From Eledone cirrhosa (taxonomy: Eukaryota): DNA of 64,000 nucleotides. Shown here piece by piece: positions 10,633-23,900 of this stretch; position 1 is the first letter of the stretch, and each line of letters starts with the position of its first letter. Position numbers and translations under genes: made by a program. The DNA is taken from assembly GCA_964016885.1 (NCBI GenBank), contig OZ024749.1:12400001-12464000 (forward strand), written 5' to 3'. Below the pieces are notes generated by a model. That model was not told where the DNA came from and searched no databases. It saw nothing but the letters and a program-made list of their open reading frames with translations.

Positions 10633-12076
10633 GTTTCTGCTTCATCTGTTAAATGCTTGGTGAGAAAGAGGCTTGGTGTGGTACCAGATGGCAGCAGGAG
10701 CCCTTGGTTCAATCAAGAGGTCAAAGATGTCATCTGAACAAAGGAGGAGGATTACAAAGCTTGGCTTGGAAATAAGTGCTCCTCCTTACACTCACAGTAC
10801 AATTAGCCACTAAGAATCACAGCAGAGACAGTAAGGGCGTCCAAAGTTAAGAAACAGGAGGACTTTGGGATTAAGCTGGAATCTGACTTCAGATCAGCAA
10901 ATAAAGTGTTCTGACATACCTGCTATCAGAAATGCATCTGGGGTTCTCCTCTCTTCAGTGAGGTGCATCCTTGTGCGGTGGAGAGAATACTTTGCTGATC
11001 TTCTAAACCCGATCACAACAGCATCTTCTGATGTACATGAGGTGGAAATGGGAGAGGTGACTAATCTCTCAGTGGCTGAGGTCACAAGAGCAGTTAAAGA
11101 GCTCAAATGTGGCAAGACCACTAAAGTAAATGAAAGTCAGGCTGAGATGTTAAACACCTTAAATAGAAAAGGTATTCTCTGGCTGACTGATGTGTGCCAG
11201 GTGGCCTGTATCTCTGGAAAGGCACCTAAGCAATGGCAATCAGGAGTGATAATCCGAATTTTCAAAAAGGGAGACAAGAAAGATTGTTCCAATTACAGAG
11301 GGATCTCCTTGTCAAACCTCTTCAGTAAAGTTTATGTTAAGTGTCTGGCAAAGAGATGCAGGGAGATTGTTGAGTTGATGTTACCTGATGAACAGTGTGG
11401 TTTTCGCCCTGGACATAGCACTCACCCTCTTAAGGAAGCCTGCCCAGTCCACTCTACTTGTAAATGGAGTTCCACTGAAGCAGGTAGAGAAGTTCAAGTA
11501 TCCTGGGGCTGTGTTCACGAGTGATGGAAGGCAGGAGGCTGAATTAAGTGCAAGAATTGCAGGAGCTGGTCTAGTAATGTGCCAGCTTCAGCATTTAGTA
11601 ATCAGAAGTGAAGTAGGCATAAAAGTCAAACTCACTATCTTCAATTCAGTTTTCGTGCCAACCCTTACCTATGATCATGAAACTTGGGTAATGACCAAAA
11701 GAATACGATCACAAATACAAGTGGCTCGCCGAAATGGGTTCCTCCGAAGGGTCTTTGAAGTAATGTTACTCGATAGAGGGCATAGCTTGGAGATCAGAGA
11801 GTCTCCGAATTGAGAGATCACAGCTCCGATACTATGGACATGTGGTTAGAATATCTCAGGAGAGAATCGCTGGACAGATTTTACGGACAAAACCAACCGG
11901 CAGGAGTCCCAGGGGAAGACTCCGAGCAGGATGGTTGGATAATATCCATGAGCTTGGCAATCCAGCTGGATCAGTTGGAAGCGGTTGCTTCTGGCAGGAC
12001 CTGCTGGAAGGAGTGTTTGAGGACTCTGACCCCACGACCCTCTCAGAAATAAGTGGGCAAAGAAGAAGTAGAAGAA
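10633..12076 (+). pseudogene. RTE LINE RT half with internal deletion and (GAA)n tail
   Basis: PWFNQEVK, RWREYFADLLN, FKKGDKKDCSNYRGISL and QCGFRPG, then a jump to VEKFKY. The YADD region is missing. Confidence 0.88.
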
Positions 12077-12339
12077 GGTTTCGAAATTTTTCACCTTTTA
12101 AAAGCTAAAAAAAATGGCAAGAATTAAAGTGAAAATTGTATACTTAATATTTCCTATGTTAGTGAATATTTTTGTTCAAGCAATAAATATATTTGAAGGA
12201 GAGGCATTTATTTTTGCAACAGAGACACTGCACGCCACTATACAACTCTATCACAGTATATGTTGACACATATCTACTTTACTCTGTCACACAACCTCTC
12301 AATTCTGTCACAACCTATCAACATTGTCATACAACCTGG

Positions 12340-12612
12340 TGTGCAAGAGAGGAGACTGTGAGGGTATGGACAATTGATGTGCATGGATGATGATCAGTGG
12401 GGGGAAGAAGTGCCAAGAAATCCCAGTGGAAAGGTGCTACAGTAGAAAACCAATGAAGACCTGGACAGAGGAAATAAGAGCTAATCTCAAATCACTGAAG
12501 CTGACAGGGGAGATGACAAAAGAGCACAATGAGAGGAGAGATGCTGTTCTAAAAAAAGATGTATCCAATGATGCAAGAATGGAACATCAGACAAAAAATG
12601 ATAATGATGATT
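12340..12612 (+). mobile_element. Degenerate RTE 3' fragment
   Basis: KKCQEIPVE..KPMKTWTEEIR..LKLT aligns with the C-terminus of the 797-aa ORF. Confidence 0.7.
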
Positions 12613-12849
12613 GTACCACATATTTTGAATAGAGGCTGTGTATGTGACATACTGGTTCTCTACATTGAATATTTGTGAAAAAAAAAGTGTGAATTATATA
12701 TGATTATATAAGATAATTTGCTATATATCAATGGATTTGTAATTTCAAAACTTTCTGATATATTTGAAATAGCATAGGAATGTTTGTATATAAATGTATT
12801 TATTCAGCATTATAACCAAATGAAAAATATTTTTGTTTATACAAACAAA

Positions 12850-13052
12850 TCATCATCATCATCATACGTCTGCTTTTCCTTGCTTGCACGGGTGGGGTGG
12901 GTTCTCTACAGCATCTCTACATTCGTCATGGTCCTTCATCATCTCCTCTGTGAGCTTCAGTGATCTGAGGTCAGCTCTCACCGCCTCCGTCCATGGTTTT
13001 CATGGTCTTCCTCCACTGTGTCTTCCTTCCACTGCGATTTCTTGGCAATTTG
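12850..13052 (-). mobile_element. RTE 3' fragment
   Basis: Matches 47311-47515 and carries the (CAT)n tail. Confidence 0.8.
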
Positions 13053-13707
13053 TAGATATATCTTGCTATGATCCACCCAATAATATCTTCTTCATAAATC
13101 AAGCTTATTGTGGTATATCCCAATCTAATGTTTAATTAATGTTACTAAGGTCAAATAAAAAAGTGTATGGTGTCCATTTTGAATATTGCATTTGTTCATC
13201 CCAAGCTCAATATAAATTGTTATAAATCAATGAAGTTGTAATTTTAAAGTTTTATGACATATTTCAAAGAGCATGGGAATGTTTGTATATTGATATTCTG
13301 TTTCAACATCATCATCATCGTTTTACGTCCATTCTTCCACGCTAACATGGGTTAGACAGGTTGGGTAACCATGTCTTGCTCCTACAGAACTGATTTTGGA
13401 AGGTTTTTAGATAAAAAAAAAACAGTTTGGTATTATAGAACCAGGGGCAGTTTGAGAAAATTTAATATAAAAATGCTTAAGATAATAGATCAGTTTCCAT
13501 TTATAGCCCTCTATGATTCAAACAGTCTGTATTATCCAAGGTTTCTTGGTTTAAATGTATTTTTATAACAGGCTTAATATCTAACACTGACATTTCACTT
13601 GATATGTCAATAGTTTATCACAACTGATAATGTTACTGAACAGGCTGGGAGACTGATTACAGATGATAACAGGAAAGAAAGCTTACTTGTCTATAATCAT
13701 TATTGCA

Positions 13708-13890
13708 TTGGCAGTATCGGTAGAGGGTTGGACACCATGCTTTGCAGCATAGAGTTATGGCCCTTTATGGTCTGAGTTTAAATCCCGCTGAGGTTAACTT
13801 TGCCTTTCATCCTTACGGGGTCAATAAAATAAAGTACCAGTAATGCACTGGGTAATTGCTGGCCTTGTGCCAAAAGTAGAAACAATTATT
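13708..13890 (+). mobile_element. SINE family 1
   Basis: Matches 1829-2015. Confidence 0.9.
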
Positions 13891-13975
13891 GCAATCCTTA
13901 TATTTTCAAGAAATGTTACACTTCTGTGTCAGAAAAGATTTTCTCTCCAAATTTAGCTATTTCAGCTGAATGATT

Positions 13976-14233
13976 AACTATTAAGGAATCTAATTGAGCT
14001 AGTCCACTGATTGTTAAATGTATCAATGTGTAAACTATTAAGGAATCTAAATGAGCTGGTCCACTGATTGTTAAATGTATCAATGTGTAAACTATTAAGG
14101 AATCTAAATGAGCTGGTCCACTGATTGTTAAATGTATCAATGTGTAAACTATTAAAAAATCTGAGCTAGTCCACTGATTGTTAAATGTATCAATGTGTAA
14201 ACTATTAAAACATCTGAGCTAGTCCACTGATTG
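13976..14233. repeat. 57/53-bp minisatellite (~4.5 units)
   Basis: Unit AACTATTAAGGAATCTAAATGAGCTGGTCCACTGATTGTTAAATGTATCAATGTGTA. Confidence 0.9.
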
Positions 14234-14916
14234 TCAACCTATTTTTATGATATATCTGACAGATTTAACCCTTTCATTACCATATTTCCTGTGAAATACA
14301 CTGTTTTAATTAATTACTGAAAAAGCCGGAGGGATTTACTAAAATGACTTATCTCATTATTAGTATACTATTTGTAACATAACTTAACAAGTGAGTCTTA
14401 TAATAGCAAATTATGTTGGCAGGTATTAATTTAAATAAGGAACTCAGAGGCAGTTTTGAGTGGGCTCATTGAACCTCAAATATTACCAACGTACTTTTAA
14501 AGAAACTTGATAATAGAAAGAATATATATGTACACAAGCTGCATTTTATAAATGAATAATATTTAAATAAAAACGTTAGAATGTCTTAAAAAAGTGTAAA
14601 ACTTTACTAACAAACTCTGTAGAGACCCTTCCCCCATTTTGTTTTTCACAAGCCCCAGAAATATTTAGTTGAATCAAGGTCGGAGATTACTGGTTAGTCT
14701 AATGTAGACCAACACTGCCAAATAGCATTTGTAGGGTAATGTTGCAGGAGAAAGCATTTCAAGGCCATTTTTCCTTCCTGAAGCAAAGTTTAGCCTTGTA
14801 GGCCCCATAAAAGGCTTCATGCTTATTATGGAGTTATTTGTTGAAGCAATATATGGCCAGATGCCCTTCTTGGTGCCAACCCATCATAGTTGCCTTTTAA
14901 GACATTCATCGATACT

Positions 14917-17900
14917 GTATATCTATTATATACTGGATACAGTGAGAGATGACAGTGATGTGGTATATCTATTGTATACTGGATACAGTGAGAGATGACA
15001 CAGTAATGTGGTATATCTATTATATACTGGATACAGTGAGAGATGACACAGTCATGTGGTATATCTATTATATACTGGATACAGTGAAAGATGACACAGT
15101 AATGTGGTATATCTATTATATACTGGATACAGTGAGAGATGACACAGTCATGTGGTATATCTATTATATACTGGATACAGTGAGAGAAGACACAGTAATG
15201 TGGTATATCTATTATATACTGGATACAGTGAGAGATGACACAGTGATGTGGTATATCTATTATATACTGGATACAGTGAGAGATGACACAGTAATGTGGT
15301 ATATCTATTATATACTGGATACAGTGAGAGATGACACAGTAATGTGGTATATCTATTATATACTGGATACAGTGAGAGATGACACAGTCATGTGGTATAT
15401 CTATTATATACTGGATACAGTGAGAGATGACACAGTAATGTGGTATATCTATTATATACTGGATACAGTGAGAGATGACAGTCATGTGGTATATCTATTA
15501 TATACTGGATACAGTGAGAGAAGACACAGTAATGTGGTATATCTATTGTATACTGGATACAGTGAGAGATGACACAGTAATGTGGTATATCTATTATATA
15601 CTGGATACAGTGAGAGGTGACAGTCATGTGGTGTATCTATTATATACTGGATACAGTGAGAGATGACATAGTCATGTGGTATATCTATTGTATACTGGAT
15701 ACAGTGAGAGATGACACAGTCATGTGGTGTATCTATTATATACTGGATACAGTGAGAGATGACACAGTCATGTGGTATATCTATTATATACTGGATACAG
15801 TGAGAGATGAGTCATGTGGTATATCTATTATATACTGGATACAGTGAGAGATGACACAGTCATGTGGTGTATCTATTGTATACTGGATACAGTGAGAGAT
15901 GACACAGTGATGTGGTATATCTATTATATACTGGATATAGTGAGAGATGACACAGTAATGTGGTATATCTATTGTATACTGGATACAGTGAGAGATGACA
16001 GTGATGTGGTATATCTATTGTATACTGGATACAGTGAGAGATGACACAGTAATGTGGTATATCTATTATATACTGGATACAGTGAGAGATGACAGTGATG
16101 TGGTATATCTAAATTCCATCTGTGATAACATTTTACACGTTTTTATTGTATGTAAACTTCCCCCTTTGTATTTGTCCCCTTCTTTTGTGCCCCTGTGGCT
16201 AATAAAGAAATATATCTATTATATACTGGATACAGTGAGAGATGACAGTGATGTGGTATATCTATTGTATACTGGATACAGTGAGAGATGACACAGTAAT
16301 GTGGTATATCTATTATATACTGGATACAGTGAGAGATGACAGTGATGTGGTATATCTATTATATACTGGATACAGTGAGAGATGACAGTGATGTGGTATA
16401 TCTATTGTATACTGGATACAGTGAGAGATGACACAGTAATGTGGTATATCTATTATATACTGGATACAGTGAGAGATGACAGTGATGTGGTATATCTATT
16501 ATATACTGGATACAGAGTGATGTGGTATATCTATTGTATACTGGATACAGTGAGAGATGACACAGTAATGTGGTATATCTATTATATACTGGATACAGTG
16601 AGAGATGACAGTGATGTGGTATATCTATTATATACTGGATACAGTGAGAGATGACAGTCATGTGGTATATCTATTGTATACTGGATACAGTGAGAGATGA
16701 CACAGTAATGTGGTATATCTATTATATACTGGATACAGTGAGAGATGACAGTGATGTGGTATATCTATTGTATACTGGATACAGTGAGAGATAACACAGT
16801 CATGTGGTGTATCTATTATATACTGGATACAGTGAGAGATGACAGAGCGATGTGGTATATCTATTGTATACTGGATACAGTGAGAGGTGACACAGTAATG
16901 TGGTATATCTATTGTATACTGGATACAGTGAGAGATGACACAGTCATGTGGTGTATCTATTGTATACTTGATACAGTGAGAGATGACAGTGATGTGGTAT
17001 ATCTATTGTATACTGGATACAGTGAGAGATGACACAGTAATGTGGTATATCTATTATATACTGGATACAGTGAGAGATGACAGTGATGTGGTATATCTAT
17101 TATATACTGGATACAGTGAGAGATGACAGTGATGTGGTATATCTATTGTATACTGGATACAGTGAGAGATGACACAGTAATGTGGTATATCTATTATATA
17201 CTGGATACAGTGAGAGATGACAGTGATGTGGTATATCTATTGTATACTGGATACAGTGAGAGATGACACAGTCATGTGGTGTATCTATTATATACTGGAT
17301 ACAGTGAGAGATGACAGAGCGATGTGGTATATCTATTGTATACTGGATACAGTGAGAGATGACACAGTAATGTGGTATATCTATTGTATACTGGATACAG
17401 TGAGAGATGACACAGTCATGTGGTGTATCTATTGTATACTTGATACAGTGAGAGATGACAGTGATGTGGTATATCTATTATATACTGGATACAGTGAGAG
17501 ATGACAGAGTAATGTGGTGTATCTATTGTATACTGGATACAGTGAGAGATGACACAGTCATGTGGTATATCCATTATATACTGGAGACAGTGAGAGATGA
17601 CACAGTAATGTGGTATATCTATTATATACTGGATACAGTGAGAGATGACACAGTAATGTGGTATATCTATTATATACTGGATACAGTGAGAGATGACACA
17701 GTCATGTGGTATATCTATTATATACTGGATACAGTGAGAGATGACAGAGTGATGTGGTATATCTATTATATACTGGATACAGTGAGAGATGACAGAGCGA
17801 TGTGGTATATCTATTATATACTGGATACAGTGGGAGATGACACAGTCATGTGGTATATCTATTGTATACTGGATACAGTGAGAGATGACACAGTAATGTG

Positions 17901-20900
17901 GTGTATCTATTATATACTGGATACAGTGAGGGATGACAGTGATGTGGTATATCTATTGTATACTGGATACAGTGAGAGATGACACAGTAATGTGGTATAT
18001 CTATTGTATACTGGATACAGTGAGAGATGACACAGTAATGTGGTATATCTATTATATACTGGATACAGTGAGAGATGACACAGTCATGTGGTATATCTAT
18101 TATATACTGGATACAGTGAGAGATGACAGAGTGATGTGGTATATCTATTGTATACTGGATACAGTGAGAGATGACACAGTAATGTGGTATATCTATTGTA
18201 TACTGGATACAGTGAGAGATGACACAGTCATGTGGTATATCTATTATATACTGGATACAGTGAGAGATGACACAGTCATGTGGTATATCTATTATATACT
18301 GGATACAGTGAGAGATGACACAGTCATGTGGTATATCTATTATATACTGGATACAGTGAGAGATGACACAGTCATGTGGTATATCTATTATATACTGGAT
18401 ACAGTGAGAGATGACAGAGTGATGTGGTATATCTATTGTATACTGGATACAGTGAGAGATGACACAGTAATGTGGTATATCTATTATATACTGGATACAG
18501 TGAGAGATGACACAGTAATGTGGTATATCTATTATATACTGGATACAGTGAGAGATGACAGAGCGATGTGGTATATCTATTATATACTGGATACAGTGAG
18601 AGGTGACACAGTAATGTGGTATATCTATTATATACTGGATACAGTGAGAGGTGACACAGTAATGTGGTATATCTATTATATACTGGATACAGTGAGAGAT
18701 GACAGAGCGATGTGGTATATCTATTATATACTGGATACAGTGAGAGGTGACACAGTAATGTGGTATATCTATTATATACTGGATACAGTGAGAGATGACA
18801 GTAATGTGGTATATCTATTATATACTGGATACAGTGAGAGATGACACAGTCATGTGGTATATCTATTATATACTGGATACAGTGAGAGATGACACAGTAA
18901 TGTGGTGTATCTATTGTATACTGGATACAGTGAGAGATGACACAGTAATGTGGTGTATCTATTGTATACTGGATACAGTGAGAGATGACACAGTAATGTG
19001 GTATATCTATTATATACTGGATACAGTGAGAGATGACAGTGATGTGGTATATCTATTATATACTGGATACAGTGAGAGATGACACAGTCATGTGGTATAT
19101 CTATTATATACTGGATACAGTGAGAGATGACACAGTAATGTGGTATATCTATTATATACTGGATACAGTGAGAGATGACACAGTAATGTGGTATATCTAT
19201 TATATACTGGATACAGTGAGAGATGACACAGTCATGTGGTATATCTATTATATACTGGATACAGTGAGAGATGACAGAGTGATGTGGTATATCTATTATA
19301 TACTGGATACAGTGAGAGATGACAGAGTGATGTGGTATATCTATTATATACTGGATACAGTGAGAGATGACAGTCATATGGTATATCTATTATATACTGG
19401 ATACAGTGAGAGATGACAGAGCGATGTGGTATATCTATTATATACTGGATACAGTGAGAGATGACAGTAATGTGGTATATCTATTATATACTGGATACAG
19501 TGAGAGGTGACACAGTCATGTGGTATATCTATTATATACTGGATACAGTGAGAGATGACACAGTAATGTGGTATATCTATTGTATACTGGATACAGTGAG
19601 AGATGACACAGTCATGTGGTGTATCTATTATATACTGGATACAGTGAGAGATGACACAGTAATGTGGTATATCTATTATATACTGGATACAGTGAGAGAT
19701 GACACAGTAATGTGGTGTATCTATTGTATACTGGATACAGTGAGAGATGACAGTCATGTGGTATATCTATTATATACTGGATACAGTGAGAGATGACACA
19801 GTAATGTGGTGTATCTATTGTATACTGGATACAGTGAGAGATGACACAGTAATGTGGTATATCTATTATATACTGGATACAGTGAGAGATGACAGTGATG
19901 TGGTATATCTATTATATACTGGATACAGTGAGAGATGACAGAGTGATGTGGTATATCTATTGTATACTGGATACAGTGAGAGATGACACAGTGATGTGGT
20001 ATATCTATTGTATACTGGATACAGTGAGAGATGACACAGTCATGTGGTATATCTATTGTATACTGGATACAGTGAGAGATGACACAGTAATGTGGTGTAT
20101 CTATTGTATACTGGATACAGTGAGAGATGACACAGTAATGTGGTATATCTATTATATACTGGATACAGTGAGAGATGACAGTGATGTGGTATATCTATTA
20201 CCTACTGGATACAGTGAGAGATGACAGAGTGATGTGGTATATCTATTGTAAACTGGATACAGTGAGAGATGACACAGTAATGTGGTATATCTATTATATA
20301 CTGGATACAGTGAGAGATGACACAGTAATGTGGTATATCTATTGTATACTGGATACAGTGAGAGATGACAGTGATGTGGTATATCTATTATATACTGGAT
20401 ACAGTGAGAGATGACAGTAATGTGGTATATCTATTATATACTGGATACAGTGAGAGATGACAGTAATGTGGTATATCTATTATATACTGGATACAGTGAG
20501 AGATGACAGAGTGATGTGGTATATCTATTGTATACTGGATACAGTGAGAGATGACACAGTCATGTGGTATATCTATTATATACTGGATACAGTGAGAGAT
20601 GACACAGTCATGTGGTGTATCTATTATATACTGGATACAGTGAGAGATGACAGTGATGTGGTATATCTATTATATACTGGATACAGTGAGAGATGACAGT
20701 GATGTGGTATATCTATTGTATACTGGATACAGTGAGAGATGACACAGTAATGTGGTATATCTATTGTATACTGGATACAGTGAGAGATGACACAGTAATG
20801 TGGTATATCTATTATATACTGGATACAGTGAGAGATGACACAGTCATGTGGTATATCTATTATATACTGGATACAGTGAGAGATGACAGAGTGATGTGGT

Positions 20901-23900
20901 ATATCTATTGTATACTGGATACAGTGAGAGATGACACAGTAATGTGGTATATCTATTGTATACTGGATACAGTGAGAGATGACACAGTCATGTGGTATAT
21001 CTATTATATACTGGATACAGTGAGAGATGACACAGTCATGTGGTATATCTATTATATACTGGATACAGTGAGAGATGACACAGTCATGTGGTATATCTAT
21101 TATATACTGGATACAGTGAGAGATGACACAGTCATGTGGTATATCTATTATATACTGGATACAGTGAGAGATGACAGAGTGATGTGGTATATCTATTGTA
21201 TACTGGATACAGTGAGAGATGACACAGTAATGTGGTATATCTATTATATACTGGATACAGTGAGAGATGACACAGTAATGTGGTATATCTATTATATACT
21301 GGATACAGTGAGAGATGACAGAGCGATGTGGTATATCTATTATATACTGGATACAGTGAGAGGTGACACAGTAATGTGGTATATCTATTATATACTGGAT
21401 ACAGTGAGAGGTGACACAGTAATGTGGTATATCTATTATATACTGGATACAGTGAGAGATGACAGAGCGATGTGGTATATCTATTATATACTGGATACAG
21501 TGAGAGGTGACACAGTAATGTGGTATATCTATTATATACTGGATACAGTGAGAGATGACAGTAATGTGGTATATCTATTATATACTGGATACAGTGAGAG
21601 ATGACACAGTCATGTGGTATATCTATTATATACTGGATACAGTGAGAGATGACACAGTAATGTGGTGTATCTATTGTATACTGGATACAGTGAGAGATGA
21701 CACAGTAATGTGGTGTATCTATTGTATACTGGATACAGTGAGAGATGACACAGTAATGTGGTATATCTATTATATACTGGATACAGTGAGAGATGACAGT
21801 GATGTGGTATATCTATTATATACTGGATACAGTGAGAGATGACACAGTCATGTGGTATATCTATTATATACTGGATACAGTGAGAGATGACACAGTAATG
21901 TGGTATATCTATTATATACTGGATACAGTGAGAGATGACACAGTAATGTGGTATATCTATTATATACTGGATACAGTGAGAGATGACACAGTCATGTGGT
22001 ATATCTATTATATACTGGATACAGTGAGAGATGACAGAGTGATGTGGTATATCTATTATATACTGGATACAGTGAGAGATGACACAGTAATGTGGTATAT
22101 CTATTATATACTGGATACAGTGAGAGATGACACAGTCATGTGGTATATCTATTATATACTGGATACAGTGAGAGATGACAGAGTGATGTGGTATATCTAT
22201 TATATACTGGATACAGTGAGAGATGACAGAGTGATGTGGTATATCTATTATATACTGGATACAGTGAGAGATGACAGTCATATGGTATATCTATTATATA
22301 CTGGATACAGTGAGAGATGACAGAGCGATGTGGTATATCTATTATATACTGGATACAGTGAGAGATGACAGTAATGTGGTATATCTATTATATACTGGAT
22401 ACAGTGAGAGGTGACACAGTCATGTGGTATATCTATTATATACTGGATACAGTGAGAGATGACACAGTAATGTGGTATATCTATTGTATACTGGATACAG
22501 TGAGAGATGACACAGTCATGTGGTGTATCTATTATATACTGGATACAGTGAGAGATGACACAGTAATGTGGTATATCTATTATATACTGGATACAGTGAG
22601 AGATGACACAGTAATGTGGTGTATCTATTGTATACTGGATACAGTGAGAGATGACAGTCATGTGGTATATCTATTATATACTGGATACAGTGAGAGATGA
22701 CACAGTAATGTGGTGTATCTATTGTATACTGGATACAGTGAGAGATGACACAGTAATGTGGTATATCTATTATATACTGGATACAGTGAGAGATGACAGT
22801 GATGTGGTATATCTATTATATACTGGATACAGTGAGAGATGACAGAGTGATGTGGTATATCTATTGTATACTGGATACAGTGAGAGATGACACAGTGATG
22901 TGGTATATCTATTGTATACTGGATACAGTGAGAGATGACACAGTCATGTGGTATATCTATTGTATACTGGATACAGTGAGAGATGACACAGTAATGTGGT
23001 GTATCTATTGTATACTGGATACAGTGAGAGATGACACAGTAATGTGGTATATCTATTATATACTGGATACAGTGAGAGATGACAGTGATGTGGTATATCT
23101 ATTACCTACTGGATACAGTGAGAGATGACAGAGTGATGTGGTATATCTATTGTAAACTGGATACAGTGAGAGATGACACAGTAATATGGTATATCTATTA
23201 TATACTGGATACAGTGAGAGATGACACAGTAATGTGGTATATCTATTGTATACTGGATACAGTGAGAGATGACAGTGATGTGGTATATCTATTATATACT
23301 GGATACAGTGAGAGATGACAGTAATGTGGTATATCTATTATATACTGGATACAGTGAGAGATGACAGAGTGATGTGGTATATCTATTGTATACTGGATAC
23401 AGTGAGAGATGACACAGTCATGTGGTATATCTATTATATACTGGATACAGTGAGAGATGACACAGTCATGTGGTGTATCTATTATATACTGGATACAGTG
23501 AGAGATGACAGTGATGTGGTATATCTATTATATACTGGATACAGTGAGAGATGACAGTGATGTGGTATATCTATTGTATACTGGATACAGTGAGAGATGA
23601 CACAGTAATGTGGTATATCTATTGTATACTGGATACAGTGAGAGATGACACAGTAATGTGGTATATCTATTATATACTGGATACAGTGAGAGATGACACA
23701 GTCATGTGGTATATCTATTATATACTGGATACAGTGAGAGATGACAGAGTGATGTGGTATATCTATTGTATACTGGATACAGTGAGAGATGACACAGTAA
23801 TGTGGTATATCTATTGTATACTGGATACAGTGAGAGATGACACAGTCATGTGGTATATCTATTATATACTGGATACAGTGAGAGATGACACAGTCATGTG

